DNA of 64,000 nt from Candidatus Gottesmanbacteria bacterium (GCA_963711735.1 CAVQFA010000003.1:82971-146970); one strand, 5' to 3'. Counted from the stretch's first letter, positions 16,935 to 27,537 are shown. The notes: generated by a model not told the origin, from the sequence alone. Translations and numbers: made by a program.

Positions 16935-17006
16935 TGCGCCTGCTTGGAATCGGACCAAGTACATCCACTTTATAAGAGTGGCGTTCTACCACTGAACTAC
17001 AGGCGC
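16935..17006 (-). tRNA. tRNA-Ile (anticodon TAT)
   Basis: Minus strand reads GCGCCTG-TA-GTTC-AGTGGTA-GAAC-G-CCACT-CTTATAA-AGTGG-ATGTA-CTTGG-TCCGATT-CCAAG-CAGGCGC-A. All stems are perfect, and positions 34-36 are TAT. Confidence 0.85.
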
Positions 17007-17085
17007 TTCATTGTTATCATCGGCTATTGTACCAAAACTTTCTTCAATAATGAATCTTTGTTGAAAAAGACACAATATACGTAAT

Positions 17086-18374
17086 TTGCTACAATACGCG
17101 TACATGGATCGGATCAAACGGATGCTCTATTTTATCGTTGCCGGGTATTTTCGGGTGTTCGCGCGCATCCGGCTTTCCCGATGGCATCCGACTATTATTG
17201 TCATTACGGCTTCAAGCGGAAAAACAACGCTTTTACATATGCTTGCATCACAACTCGGAAATCGTGCTAAATTCTCCTATCACGCCAATTCCGCTCTCGG
17301 AATCCCATTCGATATCCTGGATATCCACAGGAAAACGCTTCTTCGTCGCGAATGGATAGGTATATTCCTGAAAGCATTGTTTATGGCATTTGCTTCTCCT
17401 CCAAACGAAAAACTCTATATAGTTGAAGCAGATTGTGACCGCCCCGGAGAAGGAAAGTTCCTGGGTTCATTTCTCAAACCCCACATTACCGTATGGCTCA
17501 ACGTTACGCGTACGCACAGTATGAATTTTGACCGGCTCGTTGCGCGTGGGAAATATGCGTCTGTTGACGCAGCTATAGCTCACGAATTCGGATATTATAT
17601 CCAATTCGCAACAGACTCTGTCATTATAAACGGAGATTCCTCACTTCTGTAGAAACGAACTGCACCGGACAAAGGCAAAAATTTCGGAAATGAAAATGGC
17701 AGACTGTACCTCCTTCCGGGTAAAAAAATATGAAACGGAATTTACCGTCAGAGGTAAAATCTATACTTTCCGCGCCATGCTTCCGCCGGATGCGTTTTAT
17801 GAAGTTGATGCGGTTATCCGGCTTATGGAATATCTTTCCCTCCCCATCAAACCCGCATTCCCGAATTTCGTCATGCCTCCTGGCCGCGGTATGGTATTTG
17901 ACGGGAAAAAGAACATGACTCTGGTAGATTCCAGCTACAACGCAAACGGGTCATCAATGACAAACATGCTCACCCTTTTTTCCCGATATCCTGCAAAGAC
18001 GAAATGGCTGGTGCTCGGCGATATGCTTGAACAGGGAGAGGAAGAACGGGAGGAGCATGCCAAACTTGCGCCGTTTATTGCGACAGTCGGCGCCAAACAA
18101 ATCATCCTTATGGGTACGCGTATTACCTCATACACATACCCGATTCTTGCAAAAGACACTTGGAAAAAACGTGTCGGTAGTACACTTCGACGAGCCGAGT
18201 GAGGTTCTTGATTATCTGGAAAAAAATCTCAAAGGCGGTGAGGCAATATTTTTCAAAGGAGGACGCCTGTTGGAAGGTGTTATTGAACATCTTCTTGCCA
18301 GTCCCGCTGACGCAAAATATTTAAGCCGCAGGGAGCTTGTTTGGCAACGTCGGCGTCAAAAGGCCGGTTTGTAA
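17086..18374 (+). CDS. murF: UDP-MurNAc-tripeptide--D-Ala-D-Ala ligase (MurF-like Mur ligase), interrupted by two +1 frameshifts (about 17630-17650 and the A6 run at 18162-18167)
   Basis: Three consecutive track ORFs in frames 1, 2 and 0. The first carries the P-loop ITASSGKTT and INGDS. The second, ADCTSFRVKKYETEFT ... GRGMVFDGKKNMTLVDSSYNANGSSM, is collinear with E. coli MurF. The third is the C-terminal FFKGGRLLEGV. Confidence 0.7.
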
Positions 18375-18381
18375 TGTGATT

Positions 18382-19081
18382 ATGGACAGTAAAAAGAAAC
18401 TCTACATACTGCACGGATGGGCATACCGGACGGATAAATGGCAACCCTTTCTTTCCGCACTGGAAAAATGTGGGTTTGAACCGGTCATGATCCCCATACC
18501 GGGGCTGACTACTCCGATGCAAAAGCCATGGACAATTGATGACTTTATTTCATATCTTGAAAAAACTTTTCCGAAGAATGCACCTTTCTTTCTCTTGGGA
18601 CACTCAAACGGCGGGAGGCTTGCCATCCGTTTTGCAATCAAACACCCCGGCCGCATCAGACATCTTATCCTTGTTGACAGCGCGGGTGTCTACCATACTG
18701 ATATACATATTCAATTGAAACGTTCTGTGTTTAAGCTTCTGTCAGTTATAGGCCAACCGCTTAAAAACATTCCGGTTTTCCGGAAATTCGTCGTATTTGT
18801 TCATAGGTGAGCGTGATTATCTGGAAGCGCCTCCTTATACACGCCGAACTATGTCTAATCTTCTCGAATCTGATAAAAATCTCAATTTGGATACTCTGCG
18901 TGTTCCGACGTCTATTATCTGGGGAGAAAATGATACGGTTACTCCCGTGTCCGATGGTCTTCACATGAAAAATATAATACCGAATGCCACGTGTCATATT
19001 ATCCCCAATGCCCGCCACGCACCTCAATTTACACATGTTTCTGAAGTTGTTAAGTGTGTTCAACGAGCTATACATGGATAA
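18382..19081 (+). CDS. Alpha/beta hydrolase, interrupted by a +1 frameshift near 18795-18810
   Basis: The nucleophile elbow LGHSNGG is in the first ORF (frame 1). The C-terminal IWGENDTVTP ... NARHAPQFTH (catalytic His) is in the second ORF (frame 2). Confidence 0.6.
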
Positions 19082-19128
19082 CAGCGAAGGTTTATCGTAA
19101 TTTTATGTCATACGGCACGTGTGTTGAA

Positions 19129-19254
19129 TTTTTTCTGGATTCACTTGCTCTTTAGAGTGATATTGAGGAGCAATAATTTGTAAGCATACACGTTGTGTAT
19201 AATTTATGCGGAATATGCAACTGAAGACAGATAAAAATTCAATACCGTGACGTG
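19129..19254. repeat. Copy A of a duplicated ~127-nt intergenic element (conserved ends TTTTTTCnGAyTTCACTTGCTCTT ... AACTGAAGnCnGATAAAAAnTTyAATACCGTGrCGT)
   Basis: Aligned by eye with copy B at 23748-23876: about 20 nt conserved at the 5' end and about 36 nt at the 3' end, with a variable middle. Confidence 0.5.
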
Positions 19255-19271
19255 TGTATTCTTATGAATCT

Positions 19272-20501
19272 ATGAATATTTTCAACTCTCTGGGATCCAA
19301 TTATCGCTTTTCGACTGCCCAGTTTGCACTCGTAACGCCGGACTTCAAATACTTCCGCAAACGCCTTCGGAAGTACCTCAATGACCGCTACGACTGCCGG
19401 TCCGTCCTCCTTTCCAAAGGACGTGAGGCAATTGAGCTTGCTCTTCGGATATCCGAACTTCCACCGGGAAGCAAAGTTGCCGTCAACGGATTTACGTGCT
19501 TTGTCGTTGTTGACGCAATCAAACGCGCAGGATTTATTCCGAAGTTTATTGATATTAAAATGGATATCCTCCACTTTACACCGGAAGCGCTCGAAACGGC
19601 AGTAAAAAAAGATCCTTCAATCCGTGTGGTTCTTATCCAGAATACTCTCGGATTTCCGTGCCGGATACAGGAAATCAAACGCCTATGTCAAAAGTACAAT
19701 CTCATTCTTATCGAAGATCTTGCCCACAGCGTCGGCTGTATGTATGATGCTGTACGGGAAGCAGGTACTGTCGGTGATTTCGCAGCTCTGTCATTTAGCC
19801 AGGACAAAAGCATTGATGCTGTTACGGGTGGCGCACTTCTTGTGAGAAACAGAAAATTCTTCCATTCTGTTTCAGAAATTCATGTTGCCTGTTTACCGTT
19901 ATTACAATCTCTCCGGTACAGAATATACCCGATACTCACGTGGTGGATCCGCACGCTTTACCCATTCCGGCTCGGAGCCGTCCTGCATTGGTTTGCTAAA
20001 ACATCCAGGGTGTTGTCATTGCCGATTGATAACTCCGATAAACCCACTCAGTATGACATTCCCGGATGGTGTGCGTCATTTGCATACAGGGAATATAAAG
20101 ATCTGCAGAAACTCCTCTTTCACAGGAAAAAAATCGCACACATTTATGCACACTACCTCCTCCCGATTGTCAGTTTTCCCAAACTCAACGATTGGATCAA
20201 ATATTCCTCCTGTATACGCTTCCCTGTCCGTATTCCCGACCGCTCCCGGTTTCTGGCATATTGTAAGAAATACGGTCTTTATATTGCCGATATCTGGTAT
20301 GATGCGCCTGTCGCACCGAAAAAAATGATTCGAAACAGTTCCTATGTACATGGCTCCTGCCCCGTCGGAGAAGCAGTGTCCGCGGAAATTGTAAATCTGC
20401 CGACGCACATCGGGATTTCTCCGAAAACAGCAGAAAAGATTTGCCGCTTTATTAATAATTATGTGCGTTTGGATACAAAGAAAATCACAGAAAGCGTATG
20501 A
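19272..20501 (+). CDS. DegT/DnrJ/EryC1/StrS-family PLP-dependent sugar aminotransferase
   Basis: About 410 aa. SFSQDKSIDAVTGGALLV places the Lys in the family-typical SF..K context. The track starts at GTG 19254; ATG 19272 was chosen here. Confidence 0.7.
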   Translation: MNIFNSLGSNYRFSTAQFALVTPDFKYFRKRLRKYLNDRYDCRSVLLSKGREAIELALRISELPPGSKVAVNGFTCFVVVDAIKRAGFIPKFIDIKMDILHFTPEALETAVKKDPSIRVVLIQNTLGFPCRIQEIKRLCQKYNLILIEDLAHSVGCMYDAVREAGTVGDFAALSFSQDKSIDAVTGGALLVRNRKFFHSVSEIHVACLPLLQSLRYRIYPILTWWIRTLYPFRLGAVLHWFAKTSRVLSLPIDNSDKPTQYDIPGWCASFAYREYKDLQKLLFHRKKIAHIYAHYLLPIVSFPKLNDWIKYSSCIRFPVRIPDRSRFLAYCKKYGLYIADIWYDAPVAPKKMIRNSSYVHGSCPVGEAVSAEIVNLPTHIGISPKTAEKICRFINNYVRLDTKKITESV

Positions 20502-21518
20502 TTACCGCCAAAACCGTTCCGGAGAAAAACGTCTGGGAATTATATCTTGGATCGCGCCCTGAGGCGAACTTTCTCCAGTCATGGTGGTGGGGAGAATTTC
20601 ACACACGTATTGAAAATTCTAGTCTTTCGGATAGGATTTTACGATAAGGACAAACTTCTTGGTGTTTGCCTTTCAGTCCTCGAGAGAGCACGTCGCGGAC
20701 GATACCTTACGGTTCCCGCAGGACCGGTTATTGACTGGAAAAATCAGGTGCTTGTCGGCGCATGGATGAAATCGCTTCGGAGTATTGCCCGTCAAACGGA
20801 CGCGTCATTCGTACGTGTCAGGCCTCAGCTTATTGATACGGAAAATTCACTTGCCATTTTCCGTACACTGGGTTTTCGTCCTGCACCGATGCATCTTCAT
20901 GCACAACTCACCAATGAACTGGACATAACAAAGACTGAAGAAGAACTGCTCCTGGGAATGCGTAAATCCACGCGATATGAAATACGTCAATCCGATAAAG
21001 CGGGTATCAGGGTATCTGCTTCAACAAATCCCAAGGATATCAAAGCATTCTATGACCTTCAACTTACTACGGCGAAACGACAGGGTTTTGTTCCCTTTTC
21101 GCTTACATATCTCGAAGAACAATTCCGCGTGTTCGCCCGTCAGGATATGGCAACGTTGTTTTCATCCTGGCTCGGCAGTACGCTTCTTGCTCAGGCGTTT
21201 ATCATCTTTTACGGACATGAAGCCGTATACCATTACGGTGCATCAACGGACGAGGCACGGAAATATCCGGGTGCGTATGCCATCCAATGGGCAGCAATCC
21301 GGGAAGCAAAAAAAAGAGGGATGAAAACATACAATTTCTGGGGAGTTGCTCCTGAGAATGAACCTAATCACCGTTTCTCTTCTCTATCGCTATTCAAGCG
21401 CGGATTCGGAGGAAAAGATGTTTCATATCTCCCTGCACAGGATCTTGTCGTTGATCCGCTCCGGTACGCTGTCAGTTCGGCCTTCGAAACTGTACGGAAG
21501 GCTGTCCGCAGGGTATAA
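20498..21518 (+). CDS. FemAB-family peptidyltransferase (peptidoglycan interpeptide-bridge formation), interrupted by a +1 frameshift near 20600-20625
   Basis: The ATG at 20498 overlaps the aminotransferase stop (ATGA) and gives MITAKTVPEKNVWELYLGSRPEANFLQSWWWGEF, the FemAB N-terminal signature, in frame 2. The body (GFYDKDKLLGV ... YHYGASTDEARKYPGAYAIQWAAIREAKKRG ... YNFWG) is in frame 0 (track ORF 20547-21518). Confidence 0.7.
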
Positions 21519-21547
21519 TCATACTTCCTGTCCGAACTATCCCGATC

Positions 21548-22222
21548 ATGTCGTGCGAAAAAAATTATCTCACCGATCTTACGCATCGTGTCGAGTCTTG
21601 CTTCGACGAAAATGAAATGCTCCGGTTCCTTTGGAGTATCGAAGGAATACCAATAGACCCCACACGAATCAACGGGAATGTGCTCGTTATCGGTCCGGGT
21701 TATGTATTTCCAGAACGGGTACTACTCTGCACGCCAGAATCTCTGTTCAGAACCCCGCATTCGGATATTAGTACCATAACTCTTTGCGATGAGGATTATC
21801 TAGCATTACCAAGTGATTCGTTTTCAACATGGAATATAAAAGTGGGATCATATCCTTACACACCGGATGAAACACATACAATTCCATTCTATCTTGCTTA
21901 TGCACGGGACATGCTTCAAGACATACCGGAAAGTACGTTTGATGTTGTTTTATTCTTTCGTCAGCCATTTTTTGCCCGACATCTCATGAATGATGGAAAT
22001 CTAGCCGAGATACATCGTACACTGCGCAAAGGAGGGTATTTTCTCGGATCAGGTTGTATGAAACATACGTTGTTTACTTCGATTGGTGAAGATAAAGAAC
22101 GATTCCGTGAATTTTGTAATGAAATTGGAATGACTGTCGACTCACTCACCCAATTATATGATTTTGATCAAAGTAGTTATGTATATAAGGACAATCATGG
22201 AGTCACCGCTACGAAGGTGTGA
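21548..22222 (+). CDS. Hypothetical protein, possible class I SAM-dependent methyltransferase-like
   Basis: 224 aa. NVLVIGPGY (motif I-like) and VVLFF ... LRKGGYFL are present. Weak. Confidence 0.4.
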   Translation: MSCEKNYLTDLTHRVESCFDENEMLRFLWSIEGIPIDPTRINGNVLVIGPGYVFPERVLLCTPESLFRTPHSDISTITLCDEDYLALPSDSFSTWNIKVGSYPYTPDETHTIPFYLAYARDMLQDIPESTFDVVLFFRQPFFARHLMNDGNLAEIHRTLRKGGYFLGSGCMKHTLFTSIGEDKERFREFCNEIGMTVDSLTQLYDFDQSSYVYKDNHGVTATKV

Positions 22223-23630
22223 CGTTTAGAAGTCGTTCCATCTCCGCTTCAGTTTCCAGTGCTTTTTTCCGTGTGTTTCCGAATATGACGTATGCAAGTT
22301 GTTTGTTTGCAAGTACATTTTCCGATATGATGACGAGGCCTTCCTTTGTTTTATTGTTATAGAGAATCGGCTGCATTCTTTTGTACATTTCCGTAAATGA
22401 AGTAAGTGTCGCGTCAGAAAACGGATACGAATTATGGGAAAGGACTATCGTCTCATACATAAACTCTTTCCCGAACAATTTTTCCGCTATGTGATACACA
22501 TGCGTTCCGCCGGTTCTTCTGGTATTTGATTCCGTGACATACATTTTTCCGTTTTTTCCGGCAACATAGTCTACGTCAAAATACCCGCGGTACCCCTCTG
22601 ACGCATACCGTTCGGCGATGAAATATCCGGTGTCGACAAGTTGAGCAGCCTGTTTGGGCGGTATTGCTTCGTTATGAATCTCAACACCATGAAATACACC
22701 GTCCTTGGTAACCCGAAGTCCGCAGTAATACAGAAATTCTATGTGTCCGTTTCTGGAGATTTTAAATTCCACATTCGGAAATCCTCCTCCCACGGAAGTA
22801 CTCACATTGATAAAATCCTCTATGATGATGGGAAATAAATCCCAATATGCGTCTTTTTTCAGGTATGTGAGTATTTCCCGCTCACACGAACGGTAATCAC
22901 CCGGCAAATCTCCGGGCCGGAATATGAGGACTCCCGCACCTGAGTGTCCTTTATTGGTTTTGATGACGACACCCTGGTTCTTCACATATTTATTTGCTGC
23001 TATCCGTGCCGCGTCAACTATGGATACGCAGATGATTCCTTCCGGCATGATAAAATCGGGCTCTGCCGCAGTGCTTGCGCCTGCCAGTTGCCGTATGCCT
23101 GACTTACTGCCATAAAAGTTTACTGTCCATGCGTCTTCTTCATCGGGTGCCTCACATGTGACCACCGCTATCCCCCGTTTTTGCACTACTTCAACGAGTG
23201 ACAGAAATTGAAACGATGTAGCATAAGAAAGCATCGTCACTTTTCGTGAAGAATTTGCAGCTGTCTCTATGGCTTTCAGTATTTTCTCATCCGCGATGAT
23301 ATCCCTGCAGATCTCTCCGCTGTGGTTTACGGGCGATAAAATATCAAAATTTCTCTTACCGGTGAGCTCTTCAAAGTAAGATAAAAATGTGTTTCCGATC
23401 GGTTTGGGGCATATAAATAAAACGTGGTTTTCGCTCGCAAGGGAAAACAAATCACGGTCAGCAAGCGTTGCATTTTCGTTAATTTCCGCCTTTCGCGCGA
23501 CGGGATCGGACATGGCTGAAATAAACGGCCATACGTCCTCAGAGAGATTTGCTATATAAATAACTGATTCGGGATGTTTCCTACCGCCACCAGGTTCTTC
23601 TTGTTCGTTCATGAAGATGTATATTCTCAT
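22209..23630 (-). CDS. ATP-grasp domain protein (putative carboxylate-amine ligase in the cell-envelope cluster)
   Basis: 473 aa. The central region VVIKTNKGHSGAGVLIF, plus downstream acidic and Asn residues, is typical of the ATP-grasp fold. Confidence 0.55.
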   Translation of the reverse strand: MRIYIFMNEQEEPGGGRKHPESVIYIANLSEDVWPFISAMSDPVARKAEINENATLADRDLFSLASENHVLFICPKPIGNTFLSYFEELTGKRNFDILSPVNHSGEICRDIIADEKILKAIETAANSSRKVTMLSYATSFQFLSLVEVVQKRGIAVVTCEAPDEEDAWTVNFYGSKSGIRQLAGASTAAEPDFIMPEGIICVSIVDAARIAANKYVKNQGVVIKTNKGHSGAGVLIFRPGDLPGDYRSCEREILTYLKKDAYWDLFPIIIEDFINVSTSVGGGFPNVEFKISRNGHIEFLYYCGLRVTKDGVFHGVEIHNEAIPPKQAAQLVDTGYFIAERYASEGYRGYFDVDYVAGKNGKMYVTESNTRRTGGTHVYHIAEKLFGKEFMYETIVLSHNSYPFSDATLTSFTEMYKRMQPILYNNKTKEGLVIISENVLANKQLAYVIFGNTRKKALETEAEMERLLNVTPS

Positions 23631-23747
23631 CCTTAATTTCTAAATGTTCAGGATGATCTGCTAATAGTACTGCATATGATGGGAAAATCAAGAGATGAAA
23701 TTTTCAGAAATTTGTTACATCATTCGTTTTAAACGACACGACTGTTA

Positions 23748-23876
23748 AATTTTTTTCAGACTTCACTTGCTCTTGAGGATTATCTTCAGTGGCATTTGTA
23801 GGGATGTACTATAGAACATTCTTATGAAAAGTATGGGTATGAAACTGAAGGCTGATAAAAAATTTAATACCGTGGC
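23748..23876. repeat. Copy B of the duplicated ~127-nt intergenic element, upstream of rpmH
   Basis: See copy A. It contains an internal CTTCAGT/ACTGAAG pairing. Confidence 0.5.
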
Positions 23877-23929
23877 GTTTCAATTTCCTGATTCTTGTCG
23901 CCATAGTATACTCCTGATATAATCACTTC

Positions 23930-24076
23930 ATGCCAAAACGAGTATTCCAACCGAAAAAAATCAAACGTGTCCGTAAGCACGGCTTCCGCACACGCATGAA
24001 AACAGCCGGCGGACGCAAGGTCCTTAAACACCGCCGCATTGTCAACCGCAAACGGCTCTCTGTATCTTCGAAATAA
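23930..24076 (+). CDS. rpmH: 50S ribosomal protein L34
   Basis: A 48-aa ORF absent from the track because it is under 60 aa: [48 protein letters not shown]. Confidence 0.9.
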   Translation: MPKRVFQPKKIKRVRKHGFRTRMKTAGGRKVLKHRRIVNRKRLSVSSK

Positions 24077-24124
24077 CATACATGCTTTTGTACCTCAGAA
24101 GTATCACGGTATATAATTGAATAT

Positions 24125-24472
24125 ATGCTTCCCCGACATTTACGTCTTCCGACATCCCGCATCCTTCCGCTTCTGAAATCCGGTTCCCGGTCATCCTACG
24201 AATCTATGCAGCTTATTTATAAAAAAACACAAAACGGAAATGTGCGTTTTGCCGTTATTGTTCCGATACGAATTGAAAAACGGACAGTAATGAGAAACCG
24301 TATGAAACGGTTCGTAAGGGTTTCTATCCGTCACCTTGCTCCTCTTATTCTGCCGGGTGTTGACGGTATTCTCATGGCAAAATATGTCAAAGGTATTACA
24401 CAATCTTCTGTTGAAGCGCACATGCTGCACCTTTTTATGGCCGGACGGCTTTATTCAAAAAAATCAAAATGA
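24125..24472 (+). CDS. rnpA: Ribonuclease P protein component
   Basis: 115 aa with LLKSGSR ... VRFAVIV ... RNRMKRFVR. Conserved position after rpmH. Confidence 0.8.
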   Translation: MLPRHLRLPTSRILPLLKSGSRSSYESMQLIYKKTQNGNVRFAVIVPIRIEKRTVMRNRMKRFVRVSIRHLAPLILPGVDGILMAKYVKGITQSSVEAHMLHLFMAGRLYSKKSK

Positions 24473-24717
24473 AAAAATTTATCCTTCTTTCCATCCGGTT
24501 CTACCAGCGATATCTTTCTCCTGATTCGGGTCTCCTTAAATCTCTTTATCTTACGGACGGAGTATGCAGATTTGAACCGCATTGCAGTGAGTATACATAT
24601 CAAGCAATCGGGCGCTATGGTATAATACTCGGATTGTACGTGGGTCTGAAACGCATTGTCCGGTGCCATCCATGGTCGAAAGGCGGCTATGATCCGGTAC
24701 CGGATCATATAAAGTAA
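24469..24717 (+). CDS. yidD: Membrane protein insertion efficiency factor YidD
   Basis: 82 aa with [10 protein letters not shown] ... [17 protein letters not shown]. Confidence 0.9.
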   Translation: MKKFILLSIRFYQRYLSPDSGLLKSLYLTDGVCRFEPHCSEYTYQAIGRYGIILGLYVGLKRIVRCHPWSKGGYDPVPDHIK

Positions 24718-24748
24718 ATCATACATTGCGTATAATTCACTGATTTTT

Positions 24749-25579
24749 ATGTCAAATCCAAATCTCTGGAACCAGCTTCTTGTATGGCCGATTGCCAACA
24801 TTCTGGTGCTTTTTTATAAAATATGCGAGTGGCTCCATATACCCGGACCATTGGGCTGGGCTGTCATCCTCCTCACAATTACCATACGCGTTATTCTCTA
24901 CCCCCTCATGCATGCACAGATGAAATCCACAAAAAAAATGGCTGATCTGAAACCTAAAATCGACGAGCTATCCAAAAAACACAAAGACGATAAAACCGCA
25001 CTTCAGCAGGCACAACTGGCTTTATATAAAGAGCATGGTATAAATCCCGTTGCGGGATGCCTACCTCTTCTTGTCCAGATGCCGGTTCTCATTGCACTCT
25101 ATAGCGTGTTTAACCAGGTTCTCAATAACGGTAATCTGGCAAAGGTTGTCACGGAAATAAATAAAATCGTTTATCTTCCGGCTCTTAAACTTACGGAGCT
25201 CAATCTTACGTTTTTCGGAATAAATCTTGGTATTAAACCAAGTGAGTGGCAAAAGTACGGATGGTTGCTTTTGTCCGTTCCCCTTATAACCGGTCTGTTG
25301 CAATGGTACCAGACCAAACTTATGATGCCCGCACGCCAGAAAAATCCAGGCGACAAATCACTTGCCAAACTTCTCAAGGATACTTCCTCATCAGATAAAA
25401 ACAAAAAAGAAAAGTCTGAAACGGATACCGCGGGAGAAATGCAGCAGCAAATGGCACTCATCTCACCGGTTATGTTTGCGATATTTGCATTCCAGTTTCC
25501 CTTGGGACTCGCCCTCTATTGGAACGTGTTTGGGCTTTTTGGTATCATACAGCAAATGCAAGTGAACAAGCAGAGGTAG
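24749..25579 (+). CDS. yidC: Membrane protein insertase YidC/Oxa1 family
   Basis: 276 aa, multi-TM, with YKEHGINPVAGCLPLLVQMPVLIALY. Conserved rpmH-rnpA-yidD-yidC order. Confidence 0.85.
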   Translation: MSNPNLWNQLLVWPIANILVLFYKICEWLHIPGPLGWAVILLTITIRVILYPLMHAQMKSTKKMADLKPKIDELSKKHKDDKTALQQAQLALYKEHGINPVAGCLPLLVQMPVLIALYSVFNQVLNNGNLAKVVTEINKIVYLPALKLTELNLTFFGINLGIKPSEWQKYGWLLLSVPLITGLLQWYQTKLMMPARQKNPGDKSLAKLLKDTSSSDKNKKEKSETDTAGEMQQQMALISPVMFAIFAFQFPLGLALYWNVFGLFGIIQQMQVNKQR

Positions 25580-25652
25580 TCCCTATCCTCAAAAAGGAAT
25601 AGTCATAAGTATACGTGTGCGTGCCGGATGATTATTTACATTTGCAGGATAA

Positions 25653-26129
25653 TTGGACAGTATATATATGGATGATCATTCAAAACAAATACAGACAATT
25701 ACAGAAGATCTTCTTAAAAGGCTTGAAATAACCGGAACAGTAAATGTTGTTGTTGATGAATCGGGGGCATACCGTACGCACATCGACACCGAAGAAACAG
25801 GTCTTCTTATCGGATTTCATGGACAAACGCTTGAGAGTTTTCAGATTATCCTCGGACTTCTTGTTTCCAAAAGCATAGGATCGTGGCAGAAAGTATACGT
25901 GAACATCGGTGATTATCGTGAAAAACGCGAAGAAGCCCTCATGCATATGGCACAAACGGCAGCTGAACGCGCAATTGCTCTGAACAGACCTGTCGAACTT
26001 TCCAGATTGTCCGCGGCGGAACGGCGCATCATCCATCTCACGCTTTCCGGTGATGAGCGTGTTGAGACCGAATCAATCGGTGAAGGAATGGATCGGAGAC
26101 TTCTGGTAAAACCCAAACCGACTTCCTGA
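25653..26129 (+). CDS. jag: Jag/KhpB-like RNA-binding protein (KH + R3H domains)
   Basis: KH-like LLIGFHGQTLESFQ and R3H ERRIIHLTL ... VETESIGEG..RRLLV. Conserved position after yidC. Confidence 0.8.
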   Translation: MDSIYMDDHSKQIQTITEDLLKRLEITGTVNVVVDESGAYRTHIDTEETGLLIGFHGQTLESFQIILGLLVSKSIGSWQKVYVNIGDYREKREEALMHMAQTAAERAIALNRPVELSRLSAAERRIIHLTLSGDERVETESIGEGMDRRLLVKPKPTS

Positions 26130-26153
26130 AAAAATATCCGTTTTTTATTTTTC

Positions 26154-27518
26154 ATGCTGAAGGGTATACTCATGGGTAGTATGCCAATCCATAAGGCTTT
26201 GTTCTATCTCACAATTCTTCTTCTTCCTACACAGCTTGCATACCACCACTGGACGGAATTCTCTATGATACTCGGACGGAATGTCGACTATCTTGTACCG
26301 ACAATCTATGTTACGGATATTTTCGTTATCGGTACGCTTGTCGCATATGGGATACATAAGCGAAATCGCATCCTATATGTTGCCGGGCGGACGGTCAGGA
26401 ATTTTTTAGCAACTCCTCATACCAATACATATATTCTTTTATTTTTTATTATTTTTGTATTTATAAATACCGTACTTTCAAAAAATATTTCCGTGACATT
26501 ATTCAGGTGGTTAAAGTTCGCTGAACTTGCGTTGTTTGTGTTGTATATCAAACATGCGGGAGTTCATATCCGGACTTCCCTTCTTTTTCTGATGGTTGGG
26601 CTGTCCTTAACCTCATCGCTTGCTGTTGTCCAAACCATCCTCGGACACTCTGTGGGGGGTGTTCTCTATATGTTTGGTGAACGCACATTTACTGTCGACA
26701 CACCGGGAATTGCACGGTTTTCGCTTTGTTTACCGTTTAGATTAACATGCAGGGAAATACTTCGCGGGTATGGCACACTACCTCACCCTAATGTTCTTGC
26801 AGGTATGCTTGCATCATCCATTCCGGCTGTTCTTTTGTTACTCCCTGTGCTCCGTGCATCAGAGGTACACAAAAATTACCGGATCCTGTGGGAAAAAGGG
26901 GTTCGTATATTTTTTATGGTCTCAGGATTTCTTGCTCTTATCGTATCATTCGGACGCAGTGCCATATTCGTTACATGTATCGGAATCGTTGTATCACTTA
27001 CCTTCCTGATACGGCGTCATGCATATCGTACCCGTTTCATGATAATTGCACTTGGCGTAATTCTCGCCCTGATATTTCTGCTCATCCTCCGTATCAACGT
27101 GCAGGATGAATCATTTGTACTCCGCCGGGATTTAAACCGCGCAGCTGTTTCTATCTGGCAGACATCACCGTTTGTGGGTGTGGGGCTTGGTAACTTTTTG
27201 ACACAACTCCCTCATGTATACGCTGCAAGAACGATATTTTTTCTTCAGCCTGTCCACAATATCTATCTCCTGGTTTTATCAGAAGGCGGTTTTGTAGGGT
27301 TGTCTTTCTTTGTATATGGAATATATGCACTGTTTCGGGTTATCCGGCACCTGAAAAAAAGGTCTATTCGGAACGGATTTTTTTGGGCTGTCATTTCCAT
27401 GCTCATACTTGGATTTATTGATCACTATGCTCTGACTCTTCAACAGCCTCTTTTTCTGTGTGCATTGTATGTCGGTCTTATACTCCATCTCCATGCCCGG
27501 AACGATGCGGCTATATAA
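26154..27518 (+). CDS. O-antigen ligase/polymerase (Wzy_C) family membrane protein
   Basis: 454 aa with about 11 TM helices. It contains a periplasmic loop and the motif HNIYLLVLSEGGFVGL. Confidence 0.6.
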   Translation: MLKGILMGSMPIHKALFYLTILLLPTQLAYHHWTEFSMILGRNVDYLVPTIYVTDIFVIGTLVAYGIHKRNRILYVAGRTVRNFLATPHTNTYILLFFIIFVFINTVLSKNISVTLFRWLKFAELALFVLYIKHAGVHIRTSLLFLMVGLSLTSSLAVVQTILGHSVGGVLYMFGERTFTVDTPGIARFSLCLPFRLTCREILRGYGTLPHPNVLAGMLASSIPAVLLLLPVLRASEVHKNYRILWEKGVRIFFMVSGFLALIVSFGRSAIFVTCIGIVVSLTFLIRRHAYRTRFMIIALGVILALIFLLILRINVQDESFVLRRDLNRAAVSIWQTSPFVGVGLGNFLTQLPHVYAARTIFFLQPVHNIYLLVLSEGGFVGLSFFVYGIYALFRVIRHLKKRSIRNGFFWAVISMLILGFIDHYALTLQQPLFLCALYVGLILHLHARNDAAI

Positions 27519-27537
27519 GTGTAGTAATATAATTTAG

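Noticed and set aside
23631-23929. oriC/DnaA-box cluster upstream of rpmH
   Set aside because: No TTATCCACA-like boxes or dnaA gene in the vicinity. The region is instead occupied by the duplicated intergenic element.
23864-24162. Minus-strand track ORFs 23864-24079 and 23923-24162
   Set aside because: They lie antisense to the highly conserved rpmH (L34) coding sequence.
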